Shown piece by piece: positions 21,987 to 31,373 of a stretch of 64,000 nucleotides of DNA. Both the position numbers and the translations under genes were made by a program. The DNA is taken from positions 125,922-189,921 of the forward strand of contig JBGTLG010000016.1 of assembly GCA_041744215.1 (NCBI GenBank), in the 5' to 3' direction. The notes beneath the pieces were generated by a model. The model saw nothing but the letters and a program-made list of their open reading frames with translations, made no database searches and was not told the origin of the DNA. Every line of letters begins with the position of its first letter. The first letter of the stretch is position 1. This stretch comes from Fimbriimonadales bacterium. Lineage in GTDB: Bacteria > Armatimonadota > Fimbriimonadia > Fimbriimonadales > ATM1.

Positions 21987-22210
21987 TGCTTTCTCCTTGA
22001 GCGGCTGTCATCAAGTCAGTGGACACCAATCCTAAAGAGCTTGTGGTCTACAATACGCAATGAGCGCAGTATATGTCCGACAACTAAAATGAAATCCGAT
22101 GTGGTTTCTGTACGCGGCTGTTCGGCCAGAGAGGAAAAGCATACTATGCAGGCCTTGTGGGCCTCGATACTCGTTCGTGGGGCGGGCGCACCGAGTGCTA
22201 TCCTTCGCTC

Positions 22211-23668
22211 GTGATGAACCGAGTCAAGCTTGACGGTGGCCCGCTTTCGGTCGAGTCAGTGGCCCAAGTTTCGCTGGGTGCACAGGTGGACCTCGAACCA
22301 GACGCTCTTCTGCGAATGTCACGCTCCCGCGCTATCCTGGAGGACCTTGAGGCAACCGGTCAGCCCATTTACGGGGTGAACACGGGATTTGGACCTCTGC
22401 GATCCGTCGTAATCTCAGCGGATGACCGAATCAAGCTACAAGAGAATTTAATCCGGTCCCACGCTGCTGGTGTCGGCGAACCGTTGCCAAAACAGAGTGT
22501 TCGGGCGGCGATGGTCGTGCTCGCCGCATCGTTATTGCGGGGGCATAGCGGTGTGCCTCCCTCTGTCGTTACGTCGATTTGCGAACGACTCAACCGCGAC
22601 GACATCCCGATTGTCCCGAGTCAAGGGTCGCTCGGGGCGAGTGGAGACCTAGCGCCACTGGCCCATATCGCAGAGGACCTGCTCAAAAGCGGAGAGTTGG
22701 AGTTAGCGAGCAAGGTGGGACTCTCGCTTATCAACGGGACGCATGTTCACACAGGGCTTGCTGCGCTGGCGGTTTTGGAGGCCGAAGGTCTCGCTGCGGC
22801 TGCCGACGTAGCCTGCGCAATGATGGTTGAGGCGCTGCTGTGCTCAGGCAAACCATTCGATGACGCTCTGCATGCGCTTCGCCCTCACAAGCACCAGGTG
22901 ATCTCTGCGAGAAACATCTCGCGACTCGTTACGGGCAGCGAGATGATGGTGAGCCACGCAAACTGCGGCGAGGTACAAGACGCCTATTCGGTGCGTTGCG
23001 CGCCGCAGGTGCATGGCGCTTCGAGGCAGGCCATCGCACATTTGCGCGAGATCGTTGAGATCGAGTTAGCGAGCGTGACGGACAATCCGTTGGTGGTTGG
23101 TAACGAAGTTGTCTCTGCTGGGCACTTTCATGGCGAGCCTGTCGGTCTTGCCCTTGACTATCTGAAGATTGGTGTTGCGGAGCTTGCGTCAATCAGCGAA
23201 AGGCGTACCGAAAGAGCGCTGAACAAAGAGCTGAATCGGGGCCTGCCCGCATTCCTCGTGTCCTCCCCAGGACTAAACAACGGGATGATGATTTGCCAGT
23301 ACACGGCGGCTGCTTTGGTGAGCGAAAACAAGGTGCTTTCCCACCCATCGTGTGTGGACTCGATTCCTACCGGAGCGAATCAGGAAGATCACGTGTCGAT
23401 GGCGATGAATTCAGCATTGCACGCGCGTAGGATTCTAACAAACACCCGTCGGGTCATTGCTATCGAAATGCTAGTTGCGGCGCAAGCTCTGGATTGCCGT
23501 CGGGCGCTTCAACGCGAACGTCCGGGAGCGGGGGTTCAGGTGGCGTGGGATGAAGTCAGGCGGCAATCAGCACACGTTGCCGCTGATCGATCTTTGTCAG
23601 AAGACGTTGAGTCGCTTGACGTCGTTGCGATCGCGGCCGCCGCCTTTCGTGCGTTCGAGCAGATGTAG
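22211..23668 (+). CDS. hutH: Histidine ammonia-lyase
   Basis: YGVNTGFG, NLIRSHAAGVG (SH specificity residues of HAL), GASGDLAPLAH (MIO), QDAYSVRC.PQV.GA, NQEDHVSM. Confidence 0.96.
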   Translation: MMNRVKLDGGPLSVESVAQVSLGAQVDLEPDALLRMSRSRAILEDLEATGQPIYGVNTGFGPLRSVVISADDRIKLQENLIRSHAAGVGEPLPKQSVRAAMVVLAASLLRGHSGVPPSVVTSICERLNRDDIPIVPSQGSLGASGDLAPLAHIAEDLLKSGELELASKVGLSLINGTHVHTGLAALAVLEAEGLAAAADVACAMMVEALLCSGKPFDDALHALRPHKHQVISARNISRLVTGSEMMVSHANCGEVQDAYSVRCAPQVHGASRQAIAHLREIVEIELASVTDNPLVVGNEVVSAGHFHGEPVGLALDYLKIGVAELASISERRTERALNKELNRGLPAFLVSSPGLNNGMMICQYTAAALVSENKVLSHPSCVDSIPTGANQEDHVSMAMNSALHARRILTNTRRVIAIEMLVAAQALDCRRALQRERPGAGVQVAWDEVRRQSAHVAADRSLSEDVESLDVVAIAAAAFRAFEQM

Positions 23669-23743
23669 TTCGCCTAAACGTGGAACCCTGCGAAAAGGAA
23701 AGTTGTTCGTGTATTCTGGGCACCAGAGAGTAACCCCTTTAAT

Positions 23744-26359
23744 ATGAGATTCGACAAACTAACACTTAAGGCACAAGACGCCGTTCAGAGCGCGCAACAA
23801 GTTGCTGAGCGATTCAAGAGCTCCAACGTTGAACCGGAACACTTGCTGCTTGCGCTGCTAGAGCAACAGGAAGGCATCGCGACACCGCTATTGGAGAAGG
23901 TCGGAGCGATTCCAGCGCTGATCCGTAAACAAGCAACGGAAGAACTGGAGCGCCAACCGAAAGTTGAGGGCGCAAGTGATTACGGTAGCGCGCTGGGGCC
24001 ACGGTTGAAGTCCGCGCTCGACGAAGCGTTTCGGATCGCCGAGGCAATGAAAGATGAGTACGTTTCCAGCGAGCACCTGCTGGTTGGACTTGCCACCGAC
24101 ACTCATGCTTTTGCTGGCCGGACACTTCGCGCAAATGGTGCAGACCGTGCCGCACTTGAGCGCGCAATTGATGACATTCGGGGAGGGCGGAGAGTTACCG
24201 ATCAGTCACCAGAAGACAAGTACCAGGCTCTCGATAAGTATGGCAAGGATCTCACCGCTATGGCACGAGCGGCCAAGCTTGATCCAGTCATTGGCCGGGA
24301 CGAGGAGATACGGCGCGTCATCCAAGTTCTCTCGCGGAGGACCAAAAACAATCCGGTTCTGATTGGTGAGCCTGGTGTCGGAAAAACGGCGATCGTAGAA
24401 GGCCTGGCTCAACGCGCCGTTGCGGGTGACGTTCCGGAGGGTCTGAAGGGAAAGAGCGTGATCGCGTTGGACCTTGGCGCGCTCGTTGCCGGCGCGAAGT
24501 TCAGGGGCGAATTCGAAGAACGGCTGAAAGCGGTGCTCGAAGAGATCAAGAACAGCGAAGGGGAAATTGTCTGTTTCATCGACGAACTGCACAACCTCGT
24601 TGGAGCTGGGCGAGCCGAGGGGAGTATGGATGCGGCGAACATGCTCAAGCCTATGCTTGCCCGTGGCGAATTGAGGTGCATAGGCGCGACGACGCTCGAC
24701 GAGTATCGGAAGTATATCGAGAAGGACGCAGCACTTGAGAGAAGATTTCAACCGGTAATGGTCGCTCAGCCTTCTGTGCACGACACCATTAGTATTCTGC
24801 GCGGACTGAAGGAGAAGTATGAGGTTCACCACGGAGTGCGGATCACCGATAGCGCAATCGTTGCCGCAGCCACGCTGAGCGACCGGTACATCACCGATCG
24901 CTTTCTGCCTGATAAAGCGATTGATTTGATCGACGAAGCAGCCAGCCGGCTGCGAATCGAGATTGATAGTGTTCCTACCGAAATCGACACGCTTGATCGC
25001 AGAATGAGGCAGCTTGAGATTGAGAAGCAGGCTTTGAAAAAAGAAGAAGACACCGCTAGCAAAGATCGCCTGCAAAGAATCGATAAGGATCTTGCAGAAC
25101 TCAGCGAAGAGCGAGGACGATTAGTCGCACATTGGCAACGAGAGAAAGAAAAGATCGCGTCGATACGCGAAAGCAAGGCAAAGTACGAAGACTTGCGGGC
25201 AGAGCTCGAGCAAGCGACCCGCGATGCCGACTTCGAGAAAGCCGCGAGGCTTCAGCACGGTGAAATGCCGTCAGTGAAGCGCGTACTGGAGACTCTAGAA
25301 GCTGAGTTGGATGAGCTCCAGCACGAGGCGAAGATGCTCAAAGAAGAAGTAGACGACGAAGACATCGCAGAAGTTGTATCGAAGTGGACGGGCATCCCAG
25401 TTACTAAGTTGGTGGAGGGTGAGATGTCGAAGTTGCTGAGAATGGAGGACAGGCTTCACTTGCGGGTAGTTGGACAACATGATGCGATCGTCTCGGTTGC
25501 GGACGCTGTGCGTCGATCGCGCTCTGGCATTGCGGATCCGAATCGACCCATAGGTAGCTTTTTGTTCCTGGGGCCCACCGGCGTCGGAAAAACTGAGCTT
25601 GCTCGAGCGCTAGCAGAGTTTCTGTTCGATGATGAACGCAATATGATCCGCATCGACATGAGCGAGTATCAGGAGAAGCATACTGTCGCGCGGCTTATCG
25701 GCGCGCCCCCTGGGTACATCGGTTATGAAGAGGGAGGGCAGCTGACCGAGGCTGTTCGGCGCAAACCGTACAGCGTCGTACTATTCGATGAGGTCGAAAA
25801 GGCACACCCAGAAGTTTTCAATGTACTTTTGCAAGTGCTTGATGACGGGCGATTGACTGACGGACAGGGTCGCACGGTCGATTTTAAGAACGTGGTTATG
25901 GTGATGACGAGCAACTTGGGCTCGCACGTTTTCAGTGAATATCCGCTGCCTACGGATGATGACCGAACCACAGCCCGTGACAAGGTCTTGGAAATCGTCC
26001 GCGCGTACTTTCGGCCGGAGTTTCTCAATCGAATCGATGACATCGTCGTCTTTAGCCCGCTAAGCCCTGCTGAGATAAAGCAGATTGTAGAGATCCAGCT
26101 CGAAATCTTGATGAAGAGATTAGAAGACCGAAAGATTCAAGTCATCTTGACGGAAAGTGCAAAGAACGAACTTGCTATTGTCGGCTATGACCCCGCTTAC
26201 GGCGCCCGGCCCCTCAAGAGGGCGATTCAAACGCACATCTTGAATCCTCTTGCGAAAGAGATTCTCTCTGGAAACATCCCGCAAGGATCCCAGGTCTCTG
26301 TTAGCTTTGCCGAGGGGCGGTTCACGTTTAGCGCAGAACGACCGCAAGTGGAAGCTTAG
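23744..26359 (+). CDS. clpB: ATP-dependent chaperone ClpB
   Basis: Two AAA+ modules ([16 protein letters not shown]), long coiled-coil M-domain, GARPLKR. Confidence 0.98.
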   Translation: MRFDKLTLKAQDAVQSAQQVAERFKSSNVEPEHLLLALLEQQEGIATPLLEKVGAIPALIRKQATEELERQPKVEGASDYGSALGPRLKSALDEAFRIAEAMKDEYVSSEHLLVGLATDTHAFAGRTLRANGADRAALERAIDDIRGGRRVTDQSPEDKYQALDKYGKDLTAMARAAKLDPVIGRDEEIRRVIQVLSRRTKNNPVLIGEPGVGKTAIVEGLAQRAVAGDVPEGLKGKSVIALDLGALVAGAKFRGEFEERLKAVLEEIKNSEGEIVCFIDELHNLVGAGRAEGSMDAANMLKPMLARGELRCIGATTLDEYRKYIEKDAALERRFQPVMVAQPSVHDTISILRGLKEKYEVHHGVRITDSAIVAAATLSDRYITDRFLPDKAIDLIDEAASRLRIEIDSVPTEIDTLDRRMRQLEIEKQALKKEEDTASKDRLQRIDKDLAELSEERGRLVAHWQREKEKIASIRESKAKYEDLRAELEQATRDADFEKAARLQHGEMPSVKRVLETLEAELDELQHEAKMLKEEVDDEDIAEVVSKWTGIPVTKLVEGEMSKLLRMEDRLHLRVVGQHDAIVSVADAVRRSRSGIADPNRPIGSFLFLGPTGVGKTELARALAEFLFDDERNMIRIDMSEYQEKHTVARLIGAPPGYIGYEEGGQLTEAVRRKPYSVVLFDEVEKAHPEVFNVLLQVLDDGRLTDGQGRTVDFKNVVMVMTSNLGSHVFSEYPLPTDDDRTTARDKVLEIVRAYFRPEFLNRIDDIVVFSPLSPAEIKQIVEIQLEILMKRLEDRKIQVILTESAKNELAIVGYDPAYGARPLKRAIQTHILNPLAKEILSGNIPQGSQVSVSFAEGRFTFSAERPQVEA

Positions 26360-26361
26360 GC

Positions 26362-27015
26362 TTACGATTGTGGCCTGGCAACGACGGCATACTGCAAGTA
26401 TCTCGCGTCTCGGAACGCGCCGAAAGTCAGGAATAGTGCTACTGACAACTTTGCACCAATCGCAGCGTTGATTCCTTCGATACGCTCGATTTGGTAGTGA
26501 GAGGACTCAAACAGCCGTACTATGCTCTTTTTCGTGAAGTAGCGCAAGTGGGTTTTGTCAAAAACACCCGAATCGTCCCAAGGGAAATCTCGATTCCAGA
26601 GGATCTGCTTGAGCGCGCGGAAATAGCGTATGTTCGGTATCGACGCAACAACGACACCCTGCCTCGATAATAGGGGTCGTGCGAGTCTTAGCGCTTCGTC
26701 AGGCCATGCCAGATGTTCAAGTACGTCGTTGAAAATGATCGCATCGAAACGGCCGTGCGGTAACGAACGTAGTTGATCAACGGCCTCACCCACCAACACC
26801 CGATCCAATCGCTTCTTCGCTTCGTTAGCCATGTCCGCATTGATTTCGATCCCCCAAACCTCTGCGCTACTGCTCTGTTTGATCATTTCTCCGAATCCAC
26901 CTGCCCCGCATCCGACGTCGAGCGCACAGCCCAATGAATCCGGGAGAAACGGAATCATCTCATCGCGGAGTCCGCGAAAATATGGGTCGATGTGTTCGAG
27001 GGATCCTGCGCTCAT
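26362..27015 (-). CDS. Class I SAM-dependent methyltransferase
   Basis: LDVGCGAG, FD.I.F.DVLEHL..P, SIPN.R, G.FD.THLR.FT; start moved to ATG 27015. Confidence 0.9.
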   Translation of the reverse strand: MSAGSLEHIDPYFRGLRDEMIPFLPDSLGCALDVGCGAGGFGEMIKQSSSAEVWGIEINADMANEAKKRLDRVLVGEAVDQLRSLPHGRFDAIIFNDVLEHLAWPDEALRLARPLLSRQGVVVASIPNIRYFRALKQILWNRDFPWDDSGVFDKTHLRYFTKKSIVRLFESSHYQIERIEGINAAIGAKLSVALFLTFGAFRDARYLQYAVVARPQS

Positions 27016-27077
27016 CGTCGAATCATTATGATCCAGGGAACGCTTCAGAGGCATTCCTCGTTGAATCGATGCAAGAT

Positions 27078-27932
27078 ATGCCAGATCAGGGCTTTGATGA
27101 TAGGCGGATATCCAGGAGGAAGCTTCTAAAGCGAGGCGCGTTCGCGGGTCTTGGTTTGGTTGGCATTGACGCATTCCTCATCGAACCAAATTGGATAGCC
27201 CTTGAAAAGTTTGACGTGCGGATCAGTGGGCTTCCAAACGCATTTGATGGCTTTCGCATTGGACAGCTCACTGACATCCATTGGCCTAGGAGAATCAGTC
27301 TCGAGTTTGTACGGAATGCTTGGAAGCTGCTCCGTGACCAGTTTCAGGCCGACGTTATCGTCATAACCGGCGACATCGTAGACGTTTATGCTGGCGACCT
27401 CAAGTCACTTTATCCACTCTTTGAGGGCATCGATGCAACATGTAATGTGTACGCGGTATTCGGCAATCACGACCACTACTACGGAGCTAATGTTGTTAGA
27501 AGATTGCTGAAGGAAACTCCGATTAGATTGCTAGAAAACGAGAGAGTGCTTTTGGAGCGAGGTAATGCCGCGATTGCACTTGGCGGGGTTGGCGATTATT
27601 GGGAAGGAATCGTCGACCTCCAGTCGACTTTTGGAGGTCTGCCAGGAGAAGTTCCAAGAGTTCTGCTTTCGCACAACCCGGATTTGGCAGAGGAATCGGT
27701 TTCGAATGTCCGAGTCGACCTGCAGTTGTCGGGACACACTCACGGCGGAGAAGTGCGCTTGCCTTTGCTTCCCCCGCTATTCGCTCCGACGAAGTACAGA
27801 AAGTTTGTGAGCGGTTACGCCAAAGGAGCGCATCACGACGTCTTTGTATCGCGTGGAATATGCAGCCCGCGCGGCGCGCGACTCTTCTGCCGCCCTCAAG
27901 TTTGCGGCATCACACTCAAGGCCGCGCCATGA
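27078..27932 (+). CDS. Metallophosphoesterase (YkuE-like) with twin-arginine-like N-terminus
   Basis: SRRKLLK plus a hydrophobic stretch; TDIH, TGD, GNHD, LSHNPD, SGHTHGG, SRG motifs. Confidence 0.9.
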   Translation: MPDQGFDDRRISRRKLLKRGAFAGLGLVGIDAFLIEPNWIALEKFDVRISGLPNAFDGFRIGQLTDIHWPRRISLEFVRNAWKLLRDQFQADVIVITGDIVDVYAGDLKSLYPLFEGIDATCNVYAVFGNHDHYYGANVVRRLLKETPIRLLENERVLLERGNAAIALGGVGDYWEGIVDLQSTFGGLPGEVPRVLLSHNPDLAEESVSNVRVDLQLSGHTHGGEVRLPLLPPLFAPTKYRKFVSGYAKGAHHDVFVSRGICSPRGARLFCRPQVCGITLKAAP

Positions 27933-28841
27933 CTAGTTAGCGCCTTGTGATATCCATCTTTCGATCAGGTCGATTTGCTCTTGTGCAAGTTTCGATCCGC
28001 CTTGCGGCATTCGAGGGCCACTTGTCCACTTGATAGAACCAAGAAGCGAACTTGCTTCCGCGTTTCCAGGAACGATCGAGCGGCTTTGGAGCGCTGCATC
28101 CCGGGAAGTCAAAGTCAAGCCGCCGCTTGTTCCATGACAAGACGTGCACTTCGCGCTGAGTATTGGCGCAACGTCGGCCCACAATACTGGTCGCTCTCGT
28201 GGTTTTTCCAACTTCTCTGCTCCCACTGGCGGCAAGAACTTAAAAGTACCCTCGGCTATCGCATCGGAACCAGATGCGAATGCAGTGGCGATAACCAAGA
28301 TCTCGCCCGCCGAGGTTTTTGTAAGTCCTCCCTTTGCAACACCTGTCTTGGTATCGATGTAAAGGGTGAAGGTTTGGTCACCTGGCATCGAGAAGCTGAC
28401 CTCTTGAGTCGCAACCCCTCGGATCGTCCTCTTCGCTCCGAGTGCCAGGTTCTTGACGTCTCCAAACACATCAGGCACAAAAAAAGGCGACCACATCCAA
28501 ACATCAGACTCTTTCATCCGTCTGTGTAATGCCTCCTCGACGACTTCGGACTCGGTATAGCTGTTGTCCGCGTTATCGTACGCCCAGATTGTTGATCCGT
28601 CGCTAACCAGCACTCCTCCAGGACTCTCAATTCTGAGTCGCTTGTTTTTTGCGAGGTACACCTTGTGTTCGACGGCCGCAGCCGGAACTCGCTGCACCGA
28701 AAGGGTGATGGCTATTGCATCCGCCTCCCGCATCGCTTTTACATGGTTGTCCAAAAGCGACTTGGCGGTTGCCGTTTGGGGTTTTGGAAAGAGCGCAGCC
28801 GAGATCATCAGAGTGGCCGCGATTACCGAAATTCTAATCAT
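27933..28841 (-). CDS. Exported LolA-like protein fused to a C-terminal c-type cytochrome domain
   Basis: Signal peptide; RIE...VSDG.TIW.YD...N.YT and F.F.PP.GA (LolA fold); V.PIL...CTSCHG...GL.L..., RMP, I..WI..GA; AGGAGG SD. Confidence 0.8.
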   Translation of the reverse strand: MIRISVIAATLMISAALFPKPQTATAKSLLDNHVKAMREADAIAITLSVQRVPAAAVEHKVYLAKNKRLRIESPGGVLVSDGSTIWAYDNADNSYTESEVVEEALHRRMKESDVWMWSPFFVPDVFGDVKNLALGAKRTIRGVATQEVSFSMPGDQTFTLYIDTKTGVAKGGLTKTSAGEILVIATAFASGSDAIAEGTFKFLPPVGAEKLEKPRERPVLWADVAPILSAKCTSCHGTSGGLTLTSRDAALQSRSIVPGNAEASSLLGSIKWTSGPRMPQGGSKLAQEQIDLIERWISQGAN

Positions 28842-28866
28842 GTTGCCTCCTGGGGTCCGAAGGTAG

Positions 28867-28894
28867 AACGGTTGGGAGGGCCGATCAGGTTCCA
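28867..28894 (-). promoter_or_regulatory. Candidate ECF-sigma promoter of the LolA-cytochrome gene
   Basis: Minus strand TGGAACC-N17-CGTT, 25 nt upstream of the ATG. Confidence 0.55.
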
Positions 28895-28972
28895 CAATGT
28901 GGGCGGCGAGGCTGGCAGGTGGCTTGGATAAGTGCAACATCGGGCATTTGGATATAGAATACACTCCCTATC

Positions 28973-29674
28973 ATGCAGGTCCTCTTGATCGCAACCATCT
29001 TGCTCGCAAGTCCAGCGAGTGGTCCCCGGTCCGTAGTAGCGGCCGGGAGAGCGTGTACGGTCATCGACCTTCGGCTTGATGACATTCGACTGGACATTGT
29101 CGTTGCAAACGGCTTTCCCAGCGGCGATGAAACATTCACGAGTATGGTTGTGCGCGCAAAGCCGCTTGCGGCTATAAACGGCGCGTACTTCTCCACCGAC
29201 ACCAAGAAGCCGATCGGCGATATCGTAATCGGCGGACGAGTCCTGTTGCAGGGAAGGATGGGCACAGCCCTCGCTATAAGGAAGGATCGAACTGTGGACA
29301 TCGTCCGCGTAAAGTTCCATCGGACGATGGACTGGAGCCAATACGAGACTGTGCTTGCTTGCGGGCCTGCCTTGCTGCTTGATGGCAAAGTCGATGTCGA
29401 TCCGCAAGTCGAGGGGTTCACTGAAGCAAAGATCATGCAGAAACACGCCCGGATGGGCGTGGGCTACACGAAAGATAGGCGAATTTTGATGGTCCACGTC
29501 AAGGACGCAGTCACGTTTCCTGAGTTCGCCCAAGTCATGCTTCAGTTGGGATGTTACGAAGCGATGAACCTCGACGCAGGAGCCTCGCTGGCAATGTACT
29601 ACGGTGGAAAGACATTGCAAGCTCCAGGGCGCAAACTAACAAACCTGCTGGTCGCGTATCGACGTAGCGGATAG
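28973..29674 (+). CDS. Phosphodiester glycosidase (NAGPA-like) exported protein
   Basis: AAINGAYF, GP.LL.DG, AR.GVG...D, A.NLDAGAS. Confidence 0.85.
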   Translation: MQVLLIATILLASPASGPRSVVAAGRACTVIDLRLDDIRLDIVVANGFPSGDETFTSMVVRAKPLAAINGAYFSTDTKKPIGDIVIGGRVLLQGRMGTALAIRKDRTVDIVRVKFHRTMDWSQYETVLACGPALLLDGKVDVDPQVEGFTEAKIMQKHARMGVGYTKDRRILMVHVKDAVTFPEFAQVMLQLGCYEAMNLDAGASLAMYYGGKTLQAPGRKLTNLLVAYRRSG

Positions 29675-29809
29675 TGGGCCGTCGCAGAAAGCGGTCTGTC
29701 TAGATAACCCAGCAGGAAACCAAATGTTCGCTTTCTGCGTGTACTTCCAATCTGCGCTCAGAACGGACGGCGAGACCAAATGTTTTTACGGATCCCAAAC
29801 TCGACTTTC

Positions 29810-30733
29810 TTATGCAACCTTCGCCCAGGCCTCTTTGAGCGCAGCTTCGGACGCGAGCAGCGCAGTACGCTCGCCATCCGTGCAGGTGGGCTCAATCACG
29901 CGGTGCACTCCATTTTTGCCAACGACCGTCGGTAGCGAAAGACAAACATCCTTCATGCCCATTGCACCATCCTGCATCGATGAGACCGGGAGCATGGTTT
30001 CGCTGTTCATAGCGATCGCCTCGACGACCACTTGGATGCTAACACCAACGGCCCAGCCTGCGCCGCCCTTCATGCTGATGACTTCTGCGCCGCTCTTCTT
30101 CGTGCGATCGAAAATTGAGTCTCCAGCTTCTTGCGACCAACCAGGCAAGCTTGAAATGTGTGTACCGTTCACCGTCGCACTGCTCCACATCGGAACCATT
30201 GAATCGCCATGCTCGCCAAGAATTGTAGCGTGCATATCCGTCGCTGCGACGTCAAAATGGTCTGCGAGCAGCGAACGGAATCGGCACGTGTCTAAGACAG
30301 TGCCGAGCCCTAAGACCTGATTTGCCGGCAGCCCTGAATCCCGGACTGCAAGCTGCGTTAGGATATCAACGGGGTTGCTTACGACAAGCATCGTTGCATG
30401 CGGCGGCAACCCTGCCTGTTTGACATTCGTGACGATATCGTTGAATAACACGACATTGCGGTTCATCAGTTCAAGCCGGCTTTCATCTGGCTTTCTTCGA
30501 AGACCTGCTGTAACGACAACACAATCGCTGCCCGCGACTTTGTCGTAGCCGCCCGCATAGATCTTTTGCGGGCTCGTGAACGCTGCTCCATGGAGAAGGT
30601 CCAAGGCTTCTCCCTTGGCCATATCCTCGTTCATATCAACGATAACGATCTCTTTAACGACTCCGCCCAATTGCAGGGCAAACGCGGCATTGGAGCCGAC
30701 TCGGCCTCCGCCGCCAATGATGCTGACTTTCAT
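29810..30733 (-). CDS. Lactate/malate dehydrogenase family protein (Arg at the specificity position, MDH-like)
   Basis: IIGGGGRVG, TAGLRRKPDESRL.L, SNPVD, GTVLD..RF, GEHGDS. Confidence 0.92.
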   Translation of the reverse strand: MKVSIIGGGGRVGSNAAFALQLGGVVKEIVIVDMNEDMAKGEALDLLHGAAFTSPQKIYAGGYDKVAGSDCVVVTAGLRRKPDESRLELMNRNVVLFNDIVTNVKQAGLPPHATMLVVSNPVDILTQLAVRDSGLPANQVLGLGTVLDTCRFRSLLADHFDVAATDMHATILGEHGDSMVPMWSSATVNGTHISSLPGWSQEAGDSIFDRTKKSGAEVISMKGGAGWAVGVSIQVVVEAIAMNSETMLPVSSMQDGAMGMKDVCLSLPTVVGKNGVHRVIEPTCTDGERTALLASEAALKEAWAKVA

Positions 30734-30809
30734 GCGTGTGCGTACTCCTTTGTACTCCCGGGGGACGATGCGATTATGGCATGCTCGCCGGGTCGGCTAT
30801 GATCGTAGA

Positions 30810-31316
30810 GTGGCAGAAAACGAGCCAGGTCGCAACTTCGGATTCCTCGACACTGACGAAGTACTCGAGAGGCCGAGTCGTCGCTCCGCATCCTTCGACC
30901 GGACTATCGGAGGCGGGTGCTTTGCCTTTACGGCTGCGAGCCTGGCGCAGTTCGCCGCGCTCGCGCTGCCGTTCGTTGCATCCGACCGACTGTCCACCTA
31001 TGACCACTTGTACCGTACCGCGGCAATTGGGGCAGCGCTCGCGCTAGTTGCAGGATTCTTGTTCACCCACTTCGCCCGCCTTGCGGGGCTCGCCGGAAGC
31101 ATCTCTGGTCTGCTCCCGGCGGGCGTATTCGTGTATCTGTACCTGTGGCACGAGATAACGCAGGCCCCAGCCATTGAAGGATATGTTCCGCCGGAGTTTC
31201 CCGCCACAGTGGCATGGGCGGTGCCGTTGTCGGTAGCCTGCTCATCAGGCCTGCTCTGGGTGGGCTACTATTGGGTGCTGTGCCGAATGGAACCGATGAA
31301 CGGTAGACAAACGTAG
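30810..31316 (+). CDS. Hypothetical membrane protein (~4 TM segments)
   Basis: Four hydrophobic segments; GTG start 6 nt after TATGAT. Confidence 0.7.
   Translation: MAENEPGRNFGFLDTDEVLERPSRRSASFDRTIGGGCFAFTAASLAQFAALALPFVASDRLSTYDHLYRTAAIGAALALVAGFLFTHFARLAGLAGSISGLLPAGVFVYLYLWHEITQAPAIEGYVPPEFPATVAWAVPLSVACSSGLLWVGYYWVLCRMEPMNGRQT
31289..31315 (+). promoter_or_regulatory. Candidate ECF-sigma promoter of the MacAB-like operon
   Basis: (T)GGAACC-N17-CGTA ending 58 nt before the adaptor gene ATG. Confidence 0.45.
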
Positions 31317-31373
31317 CCCCTAGTATGGCTTGCTTCCCAGCGGGCCGATTGTCAGTGTCGCAATCACCAAACT

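Noticed and set aside
22041..22053. TTGT-N5-ACAA as a HutC operator upstream of hutH
   Set aside because: The spacing differs from known HutC sites, it is about 160 nt from the start, and it is not repeated at other hut genes.
28915..28930. sigma54 -24/-12 promoter (TGGCAG-N5-TTGG)
   Set aside because: It lacks the conserved GC at -12.
29724..30320. 198-aa plus-strand ORF, and similar long antisense ORFs such as 24206-25075, 28838-29620 and 5142-5684
   Set aside because: They lie opposite well-conserved genes and lack recognisable motifs, as expected for shadow ORFs in GC-rich DNA.
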